Of a stretch of DNA of 64,000 nt, positions 34,076 to 42,467 are shown piece by piece. The stretch spans positions 4,723 to 68,722 of the forward strand of contig JBBTUV010000002.1 of assembly GCA_038063535.1 (NCBI GenBank), in the 5' to 3' direction. The stretch comes from Patescibacteria group bacterium (lineage in GTDB: Bacteria > Patescibacteriota > Minisyncoccia > Phycocordibacterales > UBA9973). The stretch's first letter is position 1; each line of letters begins with the position of its first letter. A program made the translations under genes and the position numbers. Below the pieces are notes generated by a model. The model was not told the origin of the DNA. It ran no database searches and saw nothing but the letters and a program-made list of their open reading frames with translations.

Positions 34076-35082
34076 TTGAGATGTTTTATTTTGGAAAAAT
34101 TCTTCGAGGGAAGCACTTTGAAATAATCATCGATATATGGAAACATTGTATCACAGGCCACAAAGCATGCCAACACTTCCCCTCTATGATTACGTAAACT
34201 TTTCAAGCTTTTTTTTCTTTTGTATTCCGCAAGCTTTTTTAGGAGCCCCCGATACTGCATGCCGGTCGAGGGCCCGACGAAAAGTCCCGAGCGGATAAGC
34301 TCAAGGCTGCCTCCGTATGCTTCCCGCCCATTTATTGCAACGACTTCATCCGTAGCTTTTCTCCACGGAAGTCCGAGTCTGTCTATCATCCCTTCTCCCC
34401 TAGGCCCCGGAATAGACGAGCCCTCTTTAATAGCGACCCCGACCACTTTGATTTTTTTATTTCTATCCTTCAAGTACGAACCTGCGCCCAATATTGTGCC
34501 TCCGGTACCGATAGAGGAAACGAGCAGCGAGAGGTCTCTCCCGAGTTGACTCCAGAGTTCTTTCCCGAGGTAATCTCGCCCTGCGCCCGGGTTCGCGGGA
34601 TTAATATATTGATTGAAATTGTGCCAGCCACTCTTCCGTCCGAGTTTTTTAGCATCAGCAATTCCGCCGACGGGAGAGAAAACATCAGGGGAAGGTGGCC
34701 CGTGGGAAACAAGGATGTTCGCGCCGACCAAACGTAAGAGTCTCTTTTTGTGCTCCGGCACGTCCGGGGTGATGATTGCGTGCAAATTCGGAATGCCGAA
34801 ATGCTTTGACAGCACAGAGAGAGAAAGCACGGTGTTTCCTGAAGAATACTCTACAAGATTCTTCACGCCCTTTGCTTGCATACGTTTGAGCATGAGATAC
34901 GAAGGGAGCGATTTGATGTTCGCAAGTGGGACGAACTGCATGAGTTTAATGAATATCTTCACTTTCTCGCGAGAGAAGGGATTCAAGGAAACGGGCAGCT
35001 CGACGAGCGGCGCAGGCCCGAGCGAGCCGGGTGAGAGATAATCCAGGATAGCGTCTGGCCCCTCAAAAACTCGCTCTTTCAT
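34072..35082 (-). CDS. PLP-dependent fold-type II enzyme (cysteine synthase / CBS-like family)
   Basis: SSGNTVLSLS and GTGGTILGAGSYLK glycine-rich PLP-phosphate loops. Specific function is not resolvable by eye. Confidence 0.5.
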   Translation of the reverse strand: MKERVFEGPDAILDYLSPGSLGPAPLVELPVSLNPFSREKVKIFIKLMQFVPLANIKSLPSYLMLKRMQAKGVKNLVEYSSGNTVLSLSVLSKHFGIPNLHAIITPDVPEHKKRLLRLVGANILVSHGPPSPDVFSPVGGIADAKKLGRKSGWHNFNQYINPANPGAGRDYLGKELWSQLGRDLSLLVSSIGTGGTILGAGSYLKDRNKKIKVVGVAIKEGSSIPGPRGEGMIDRLGLPWRKATDEVVAINGREAYGGSLELIRSGLFVGPSTGMQYRGLLKKLAEYKRKKSLKSLRNHRGEVLACFVACDTMFPYIDDYFKVLPSKNFSKIKHLK

Positions 35083-35085
35083 GGG

Positions 35086-35099
35086 TATAGTATACTATA
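35086..35099. promoter_or_regulatory. Perfect 14-bp palindrome TATAGTATACTATA filling a 24-nt divergent intergenic region (cysK-like gene / dnaE); symmetric -10-like boxes for both leaderless genes
   Basis: gggTATAGTATACTATAaagtgctATG. The minus-strand gene start (cat) lies at 35080..35082 and the dnaE ATG at 35107. Confidence 0.5.
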
Positions 35100-35106
35100 A
35101 AGTGCT

Positions 35107-38100
35107 ATGCCGGGCTTCACTCATCTTCATACCCATAGCCATTATTCCCTGCTCGACGGCCTCTCCAAGGTCGAGGCGCTGCTGGACCTTGCCCAGAAAT
35201 TCGAAATGAAGGCGCTAGCGCTGACCGACCATGGCAATCTCTATGGCGCGATCGAATTTTACAAACTCGCGAAAGCGCGCGGCATCAAGCCTATCATTGG
35301 CGTGGAAGCTTACATCGCCGAGCGCGGGTTAGCCGACAAGGAACCCGGCATCGACAACCGCCGCTATCACTTAACTCTGCTTGCCAAAAACCTCGAGGGC
35401 TACCGGAACTTGATCAAGCTAGTCACTATCTCGCACCTCGAAGGTTATTACTACAAACCGCGGATGGACAAGGAAGTCCTGCGCAAATATGCCGCGGGGA
35501 TTATCGCGCTTTCCGGGTGTCTGGCCGGCGAGCTCTCAAGGGCGCTCAGCTCAAGCGATGAGGAAAAGGCCCGAGCCATCATCCGCGAGCACCAGGAAAT
35601 TTTTGGAAAGGATAATTATTTTCTCGAGATTCAAAAAAATTCGAAGACCTTCGACAATGAAAAAGTCCGCGAGGGGATCAAAAAACTCGCCAAGGAGTTC
35701 GGGGTCCCGATCGTCGGCACGATCGATTCACATTATCCTTGCGAAGATGATCACAGGGCGCACGAGACCTTGCTTGCTATCCAGACTAGTTCCGACATAA
35801 AAGACGAAAACAAATTCACCTTCGGTGAAGATGATTATTCTTTCGTAGATTCCGAAAAAGCCGCAGAGCTTTTCCGCGACGTTCCCGGCGCGGTTGAGAA
35901 CACTCTTCGGGTCGCAGAGATGTGCAACCTAGAGCTCGAGCTCGGGAAATGGGTTTTTCCAGATTTTAAAATCGCTGGAGGCAAGACCCCCAATGAGCGA
36001 CTCGAGGAACTTGCGCGGGGAGGATATGAGCGGCTTGGAATAAAAGAGACGCCCGTCCTTAAAGAGCGTTTGGAACATGAGCTAAAAGTAATATTCGATA
36101 AAGGCTATTCGCCATATTTTTTGGTTGTCGCCGACCTCATGTACTACGCGAGACAGCACGGGATTCTCACCACCATCCGCGGCTCGGTGGCAGGATCGCT
36201 CGTGACTTACCTTCTCGGCATTACCAACATCGACCCGATCGAGTACAAACTTCCTTTCGAAAGGTTTTTGAACCCGTTTCGTCCCTCCGCGCCGGATATC
36301 GACATGGATTTTGCCGACAACCGCCGGGATGAGATGATCGAGTACACGAAGAAAAAGTACGGCGAGGATAAGGTCGCGCAGATCGGGACTTTCGGAACAA
36401 TGATGGCCCGCGGCGCGGTACGCGACGTGGCGAGGGCTCTGGGCTACCCCTATTCAGTCGGGGACCGGATCTCGCGGATGGTCCCCTTCGGAAGCCAAGG
36501 AATGCCGATGACGATAGATCACGCGATGGAGATCGTGGCGGAACTGAAGGAAGCATACGAGCGCGAACAAGATACGCGGGAGATCGTCGACCTTGCCAAG
36601 AAACTCGAGGGTTGCGTCCGGCATATCAGCGTACACGCTGCTGGGGTAGTGATCGCGCCGGGGCCCTTGACCGAATACGTCCCGCTTCAATACGATCCGA
36701 AGGGCGAAGCGATCATCACCCAGTACGATATGTACTCGATCGAAGACGCCGGGCTCCTCAAGTTCGATTTTCTCGGGATCAGGAATCTTGCGATCCTCGC
36801 CGATGCAATACGTCTGGTAAAAAAATTCTATAACGTCGATATCGATATCGAGCGGATTCCACTTGACGACAAGAAAACATTTTCGCTTCTGGCGCGCGGG
36901 CAAACCGAAGGGCTTTTTCAGCTTAACGGCGCGGGTATGACCCGCTATTTGAAAGAACTCCGGCCGACCACCATTCACGACATCAATGCCATGATCGCGC
37001 TTTTCCGCCCGGGGCCGATGGAAATAATTCCAGAATACATCAAGCGCAAGCACGACCCGAAGCGGGTAAAATATCTCGACCCGCGAATGAAAAAATTTCT
37101 GGGCGATTCTTACGGGCTCATCGTCTATCAGGACGATCTTCTATTCTCGGCGATCGAACTTGCCGGTTATAACTGGGAGGAAGCAGATAAGTTCAGGAAG
37201 GCAGTTGGTAAGAAGATCCCCGCGGAAATGGCCGCTCAATACGAGAAGTTCACCAAGGGCATAGTCGCGGGCGGCCAGACGCAGGAATTTGCCGAGAAGC
37301 TCTGGAAACTTTTTGAACCGTTCCAGGCGTACGGCTTCAACAAGGCTCATGCTGCAAGCTACGGCAAAGTTGCTTACCAGACCGCCTACATGAAAGCGCA
37401 TTACCCGGTCGAATACATGACCGCGATCCTTACCGCCGAGTCCGGCGACATCGAGAAGATCGCGACCATCATCGAGGAGTGCAAGAACATGAAAATTCCG
37501 GTGCTGCCGCCGGACCTGGGCGAAAGCTACGGCGGCTTCACCGTCATTCGCGAAGAAGATGTTTCCAGGAAAATTCGCTTCGGGCTTTACACGATTAAAA
37601 ATCTGGGCACGGATATCGCTGATGCGGTGATCGAGGAGCGAAAGACCAGCGGTAAATACAAATCCATCACTGATTTCCTGGACCGCATCAAACACAAAAA
37701 TCTGAACAAGAAATCAATGGAGGCTCTTATCAAATCGGGGGCGATGGATGCTCTCGGGGAGCGCGGGAGCCTGCTTGCAAATCTCGAGGAGATGCTTGAG
37801 TACAACCGCGAAGCACAGAACCAGAATCAAAATCAGACTTCCCTTTTCGGAGGGATCGCGGCGCCAGCACCGGCATTCCGCTTGCGTGAATCGTCACCGG
37901 CAACACAGGCGGAGAAACTCCTCTGGGAAAAGGAGCTCCTGGGACTTTACATTTCCGGCCATCCGCTCGATCGTATCCGCGACAAGCTCGAAAAGAGAGA
38001 TATCAACATTAAAAAAATAAAAGAAGAAGTGAAGGGGAATGTGCCGGTCACGATCGCTGGGATTATAGAGGTTTCGCGGCAAGTTATCACCAAGAACAAC

Positions 38101-38283
38101 GAGCGGATGGCGTTCCTGCGGATTGCCGACTTTACGAGCTCGATCGAAGCGGTCGCCTTCCCTTCTATTTTCAAAGCCAGTATCGATGTCCTGGTGCCAG
38201 AGAAATGCATTGCTATCTCCGGCAAAGTCTCCCTCCGAAACGGCGAAAAATCCATCATCATCGAAGCGGTGAAAGAAGTCTAG
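35107..38283 (+). CDS. dnaE: DNA polymerase III alpha subunit (short, 1058 aa)
   Basis: N-terminal PHP domain FTHLHTHSHYSLLDGLSKV...LALTDHGNLYGAIEFY, palm GVHAAGVVI, and fingers motifs. Confidence 0.9.
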   Translation: MPGFTHLHTHSHYSLLDGLSKVEALLDLAQKFEMKALALTDHGNLYGAIEFYKLAKARGIKPIIGVEAYIAERGLADKEPGIDNRRYHLTLLAKNLEGYRNLIKLVTISHLEGYYYKPRMDKEVLRKYAAGIIALSGCLAGELSRALSSSDEEKARAIIREHQEIFGKDNYFLEIQKNSKTFDNEKVREGIKKLAKEFGVPIVGTIDSHYPCEDDHRAHETLLAIQTSSDIKDENKFTFGEDDYSFVDSEKAAELFRDVPGAVENTLRVAEMCNLELELGKWVFPDFKIAGGKTPNERLEELARGGYERLGIKETPVLKERLEHELKVIFDKGYSPYFLVVADLMYYARQHGILTTIRGSVAGSLVTYLLGITNIDPIEYKLPFERFLNPFRPSAPDIDMDFADNRRDEMIEYTKKKYGEDKVAQIGTFGTMMARGAVRDVARALGYPYSVGDRISRMVPFGSQGMPMTIDHAMEIVAELKEAYEREQDTREIVDLAKKLEGCVRHISVHAAGVVIAPGPLTEYVPLQYDPKGEAIITQYDMYSIEDAGLLKFDFLGIRNLAILADAIRLVKKFYNVDIDIERIPLDDKKTFSLLARGQTEGLFQLNGAGMTRYLKELRPTTIHDINAMIALFRPGPMEIIPEYIKRKHDPKRVKYLDPRMKKFLGDSYGLIVYQDDLLFSAIELAGYNWEEADKFRKAVGKKIPAEMAAQYEKFTKGIVAGGQTQEFAEKLWKLFEPFQAYGFNKAHAASYGKVAYQTAYMKAHYPVEYMTAILTAESGDIEKIATIIEECKNMKIPVLPPDLGESYGGFTVIREEDVSRKIRFGLYTIKNLGTDIADAVIEERKTSGKYKSITDFLDRIKHKNLNKKSMEALIKSGAMDALGERGSLLANLEEMLEYNREAQNQNQNQTSLFGGIAAPAPAFRLRESSPATQAEKLLWEKELLGLYISGHPLDRIRDKLEKRDINIKKIKEEVKGNVPVTIAGIIEVSRQVITKNNERMAFLRIADFTSSIEAVAFPSIFKASIDVLVPEKCIAISGKVSLRNGEKSIIIEAVKEV

Positions 38284-38807
38284 TTGTACAGGCTCATCGC
38301 TTTTTCTTTAGATTCGGAGAAAATTACTTCGATCGCCTCGGCGATTTTTTTAGAAAGTTTTTTGAGAGTCTCAAGTTCGGCAGGCTTGAATTTGTCTAGA
38401 ATAAATTTGATAACTTCTTTCTCGCCGCGGGGCTTTTTTAATTTGCCCGAAGGAGTCGAGGGGGTTATGCCAACACGGATTCGCAAAAATTCTTCGCTCT
38501 TGAGAGCACGAATTATCGAGGCTAGGCCTCTGTGCCCCCCGGCTGAGCGGTTGAAGGAAATCTTGAATTTTCCCAAGGGCAAATCAAGGTCGTCGTAGAT
38601 GACTATCAAGCCTTTCCGATCCTTTTTTGATTTCAGAAGGGGCGCGATTGCGCGACCGGAATTATTCATGAAATTATCCGGGTAGAGAAATTTGATTTTT
38701 TTGTCATCTAATTTCTTCTCTACAAGCGCACCGACAGTTCTCCCGGTGTTGTGCCGAGTATTTTCGTATTCTTCGCCCGGGTTGCCGAGTCCCACGACCA
38801 GTTTCAT
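38280..38807 (-). CDS. pth: Peptidyl-tRNA hydrolase
   Basis: MKLVVGLGNPGEEYENTRHNTG...AGGHRGLASI. Confidence 0.85.
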   Translation of the reverse strand: MKLVVGLGNPGEEYENTRHNTGRTVGALVEKKLDDKKIKFLYPDNFMNNSGRAIAPLLKSKKDRKGLIVIYDDLDLPLGKFKISFNRSAGGHRGLASIIRALKSEEFLRIRVGITPSTPSGKLKKPRGEKEVIKFILDKFKPAELETLKKLSKKIAEAIEVIFSESKEKAMSLYN

Positions 38808-38868
38808 TTATTTAGTATCCCATGCGGTCGGCGATTGTGTCAACAGAATTTTATGCTATATTATCAGG

Positions 38869-39432
38869 ATGGATTCGAATCTAAAGACCGGCAAGCAGTC
38901 TTTCTGGGAGACTTTGCGCTTTATCGTCCTTGCTCTTGCTATCGTTATCCCAATCCGCGTCTTCGTTGCCCAGCCTTTTATTGTTTCCGGCTCCTCGATG
39001 CACCCGACGTTTGAGAACGGCGAGTATCTCATCATTGACGAGATTTCTTACCGGCTGGGAGAACCCGAGCGTGACGACGCGGTAATTTTCCGATATCCGA
39101 AGGACCCGAGCAAATTTTTCATTAAAAGGATCATCGGGCTTCCGAATGAAACTGTTGAAATAAAAACGGGCGTGGTAATGATATACAACGAAGGAAACCC
39201 TGAGGGCTTCACTCTGCTCGAGCCATACGTAAAAAACACCTCTCCTGGCGACACTCGCATCAAACTCAGGAGCGATGAATATTTCATGATGGGCGACAAC
39301 CGCAACGCCAGCTCCGATTCTCGCTATTGGGGACCGGTGAAAAGAGATCTTCTGGTCGGAAGAGCGCTCCTCCGGCTCTGGCCTTTCGGGCGCTTGAGCA
39401 TTTTCCCTGGTGCTTACAATGAAGAAAGCTAA
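38869..39432 (+). CDS. lepB: Signal peptidase I
   Basis: GSSMHPTFENGEYLII (catalytic Ser box) ... RIIGLPNETVEI ... MMGDNRNASSDSRYWGPV (box E). The ORF-track N-terminal extension (38692) is antisense to pth. The start at MDSNLK is preceded by TATATT 6 nt upstream. Confidence 0.8.
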   Translation: MDSNLKTGKQSFWETLRFIVLALAIVIPIRVFVAQPFIVSGSSMHPTFENGEYLIIDEISYRLGEPERDDAVIFRYPKDPSKFFIKRIIGLPNETVEIKTGVVMIYNEGNPEGFTLLEPYVKNTSPGDTRIKLRSDEYFMMGDNRNASSDSRYWGPVKRDLLVGRALLRLWPFGRLSIFPGAYNEES

Positions 39433-40726
39433 AACAAAAAACGCAAGCCCGGAAGTCTTCACCGCTCCTCGCGGAATGCGGGACATCATCGGCGATGATT
39501 ACTACAATTTCCAGGGATTTTTCGAAAAAGCGCAAGAGATTGGGGTCTACTACGGATTCCGTCCGATCGAGACCCCGATTCTCGAGCATGAAGAAGTACT
39601 GACCTCCTCGATCGGTGAAGGCACGGACATTGTGGATAAGGAAATGTACACGCTCCGGACAAAAGGCGGTGACCGGCTGGCTCTCCGGCCAGAGCATACT
39701 GCGCCCTTGATGCGTGCCTACCTCGAACACGGCATGCACACCTTCCCCCAGCCCGTGCTTTTCTATCAGTACGGACCGATCTTCAGACACGATAAGCCGC
39801 AGCGAGGGCGCTACAGGCAATTTTGGCAGTTCGACCTCGACTCGCTCGGCTCGGAAAAAAGCATCATGGATGCGCTGGTGATAAAAGCGGGGATGAGCAT
39901 CCTTGAAGATGCCGGAGCGCAAAACCTGCAGGTTGAGATAAATTCGATCGGAGACAAAGAGTGCCGCGGAGCGTACTTGCGAGAGCTCACCGCTTATTAC
40001 CGAAAGCACATCTCCGGGCTTGCGACAGCGGACCGCGAACGCTTGAAGACCAACCCCCTTCGTATCCTCGATTCGAAAGAAGAAAAGACTCTCGAGGTGA
40101 ACGAGGGGGCGCCCGACGCGGTCAGTTTTCTCTGCGCTTCCTGCAAAAAACACTTCAAGGAGGTGCTCGAATACCTCGAGGAGATGAACGTTTCCTTCAA
40201 CCTTAATAAAAACCTGGTGCGCGGACTTTCTTACTACACCCGGAGCGTTTTCGAAATTTACGTGGAGGACGAAGTCGACGGAGCGCCGGTGCAAGTGCAG
40301 GTAGCTTCCGGCGGCCGCTATGACTACCTGGCCCGGGGTATCGGCGGGAAACGCGACGTGCCGGCGGTTGGGATATCAATGGGAGTGGACAGGATAGTCG
40401 AATCGAAATGGTACAAGAAGCTTTCACCGCGCATTATCAAAAAGCCCAAGATCTATTTCATCCAGCTTGGAACCGAGGCGAAACTGAAGAGCTTGAACAT
40501 CATCGAGACGCTGCGCAAGGCCCACATCCCTATCGCTCAAACGATCTCTAAAGACAGCCTCTCGGCCCAGCTTGCCACCGCAGAGAAAATGTCCATTCCG
40601 TATGCCATCATTTTCGGAGTGAAGGAAGCGCTGGAAAATTCGGTGATCGTGCGCCACATGGGAAACCGTTCGCAGGAAACGGTGAAACTCGCCAAACTTG
40701 TCGACTATTTGAAAGACCTTAAGTAA
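39410..40726 (+). CDS. hisS: Histidyl-tRNA synthetase
   Basis: Class II motifs: RGMRDIIGDDY, FRPIETPILE, YGPIFRHDKPQRGRYRQFWQFDLD, GGRYDYL. Confidence 0.85.
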   Translation: MLTMKKAKTKNASPEVFTAPRGMRDIIGDDYYNFQGFFEKAQEIGVYYGFRPIETPILEHEEVLTSSIGEGTDIVDKEMYTLRTKGGDRLALRPEHTAPLMRAYLEHGMHTFPQPVLFYQYGPIFRHDKPQRGRYRQFWQFDLDSLGSEKSIMDALVIKAGMSILEDAGAQNLQVEINSIGDKECRGAYLRELTAYYRKHISGLATADRERLKTNPLRILDSKEEKTLEVNEGAPDAVSFLCASCKKHFKEVLEYLEEMNVSFNLNKNLVRGLSYYTRSVFEIYVEDEVDGAPVQVQVASGGRYDYLARGIGGKRDVPAVGISMGVDRIVESKWYKKLSPRIIKKPKIYFIQLGTEAKLKSLNIIETLRKAHIPIAQTISKDSLSAQLATAEKMSIPYAIIFGVKEALENSVIVRHMGNRSQETVKLAKLVDYLKDLK

Positions 40727-40732
40727 GCTGTC

Positions 40733-41278
40733 TTGCCTAAAAAAATTCTACAAAAGGAAAATAAGATTTTGCGCGAGGTTGCCAAAGAAGTACCTCTGGT
40801 CGAGATCGGTAAACCAAAAACTAAAAAAATTCTGAAAGAAATGTCCCAGGCGCTCGCGAGGGAGTCCGACGGCGTCGCGCTCGCCGCACCGCAGATCGGA
40901 TATCCGCTTCGGATTTTCTTGGTAACGGGGAAAATTTTTATGAAAGCCCCGACGCCCAAAGGGGTCGGGGTCCCGACCGCAAGCGTCGGGAAAAAACCCA
41001 AAGATCTTGTATTCATAAATCCGAAAATCACGAAGCTCTCACGCGAAAAAGCCTGGTTGCCGGAAGGCTGCCTCTCCGTCCGGCCATTCTACGGCAAAAC
41101 CCATCGCTCGAAGAAGGCAACGATAGCGGCCTATGATGAGAGGGGTAAAAAAATCACCAGAGGCGCCTCGGGCCTATTGGCGCAGATCTTCCAGCATGAG
41201 ACGGACCACCTTGAGGGAATTCTTTTTATCGATCATGCGAAGGACATATATGAAGAGAAACCCGAAATCAAAACTTAG
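40733..41278 (+). CDS. def: Peptide deformylase with an element-encoded insertion loop
   Basis: GVALAAPQIG (motif 1), EGCLSV (motif 2), QHETDHLEGILF (motif 3). There are 25 residues (KIFMKAPTPKGVGVPTASVGKKPKD) between motif 1 and LVFINP where canonical Def has about 7. Confidence 0.85.
   Translation: MPKKILQKENKILREVAKEVPLVEIGKPKTKKILKEMSQALARESDGVALAAPQIGYPLRIFLVTGKIFMKAPTPKGVGVPTASVGKKPKDLVFINPKITKLSREKAWLPEGCLSVRPFYGKTHRSKKATIAAYDERGKKITRGASGLLAQIFQHETDHLEGILFIDHAKDIYEEKPEIKT
40947..40990. repeat. Two tandem GC-rich hairpins (ccccgac-gcccaaagg-ggtcgggg; tcccgac-cgcaagc-gtcggga) inserted in-frame in def
   Basis: Visible directly. Same unit type as 21722..21771. Confidence 0.75.
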
Positions 41279-42068
41279 CTTCGCTTTTTGGGGAACTCCG
41301 GAGATTGCGAAGGAAACGCTTGAGATATTGAAACAATCCGGATTTTTGCCTTCGCTCATCGTCACATCTGCCGACAAGCCAAAAGGTCGGAAATTGGAGA
41401 TCACTCCCCCGCCGGTGAAAGTTTGGGCGATCGAGAACAAGATTCCTTGCATCCAGCCTGAAAAACTAGAGTCTGACATGCTAGTGCCTAGTGATTTATC
41501 CATAGTGGTCGCATACGGAAAAATAATCCCGGAAGAAATCCTGAACGCTCCCAAGCTCGGCTCGATCAATGTTCACTATTCGCTTCTTCCGAAATATCGC
41601 GGAGCCTCACCGGTCGAAAGTGCAATACTTGCTGGCGAGACAGAAACCGGCGTGACTATCCAGAAAATGGTTTACAAATTAGATTCTGGACCTATCTTGG
41701 CGCAGGAGAAAGTAAAAATAGGCCCGGATGAAACGGCCCCGGCGCTCAAAAAAAGACTTACCGGGCTTGGAGCGGAAATGCTGGTGGAATTGTTAAAAGA
41801 TATGAATAGGAAAGAAACTTCGCAGGAAGAATCGAAGGCAACGTATTGCAAAAAAATTACAAAAGCAGACGGGGAAATAGATTTAAACAATGATCCGCTA
41901 AAAAACTACAACAAATTCCGCGCCTATAACATTTGGCCGCGAACTTATTTTATGAAAAACGGAAAGAGAGTCATCATAACCAGCGCCGCACTTAAAGACG
42001 GGAAATTTTTGATAAAAAAGGTTATCCCCGAGGGAGGAAAGGAAACAGATTTTAGTACTTTCCGGTAA
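41250..42068 (+). CDS. fmt: Methionyl-tRNA formyltransferase
   Basis: FWGTPEIA..., INVHYSLLPKYRGASPVESAILAGETETGVTIQKM. Start taken at MKRNPKSK, which overlaps the def 3' end by 29 nt. Confidence 0.8.
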   Translation: MKRNPKSKLSFAFWGTPEIAKETLEILKQSGFLPSLIVTSADKPKGRKLEITPPPVKVWAIENKIPCIQPEKLESDMLVPSDLSIVVAYGKIIPEEILNAPKLGSINVHYSLLPKYRGASPVESAILAGETETGVTIQKMVYKLDSGPILAQEKVKIGPDETAPALKKRLTGLGAEMLVELLKDMNRKETSQEESKATYCKKITKADGEIDLNNDPLKNYNKFRAYNIWPRTYFMKNGKRVIITSAALKDGKFLIKKVIPEGGKETDFSTFR

Positions 42069-42450
42069 AGGGGTTGCGGCGAGATAAGCCCTTCAGCATT
42101 TTTTTGATACTGCGGGCGCCGCGAACGATGAGCGTCTGCCTTCGGTCTTTATCTTTAGAGATCTCACGGAAGAGGTTCTCTTTCACCGCATCGATCGCCG
42201 CGTAAAGGTCTTCTTCGTCCGCCTCGCCGTAATATTCTTTCCCCTCAAGCTCGATCAGGCAATCGGCGTGAAAAACTTCCCCCTTATTATGATGCCGAGT
42301 GGCCTTGGAGACTTCGAATTTCACTTTCACGTCCGCACCCTTTTCCTCCATTTTGAGAAGTAGTCTGCTTAAGTCCGTGACTTTCTTTGAGACATAATCT
42401 CCTATGGCGGCGGTAAGTTCAATGTTCTTCCCAAATAAATTTATCTGCAT
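42052..42450 (-). CDS. hpf: Ribosome hibernation promoting factor / RaiA (short form)
   Basis: MQINLFGKNIELTAAIGDYVSKKV...VKVKFEVSK...HHNKGEVFHADCLIELEG. Start taken at M50 of the listed ORF, giving a non-overlapping arrangement with glgP. Confidence 0.75.
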   Translation of the reverse strand: MQINLFGKNIELTAAIGDYVSKKVTDLSRLLLKMEEKGADVKVKFEVSKATRHHNKGEVFHADCLIELEGKEYYGEADEEDLYAAIDAVKENLFREISKDKDRRQTLIVRGARSIKKMLKGLSRRNPFTGKY

Positions 42451-42467
42451 CTCTCCATTATAACACG

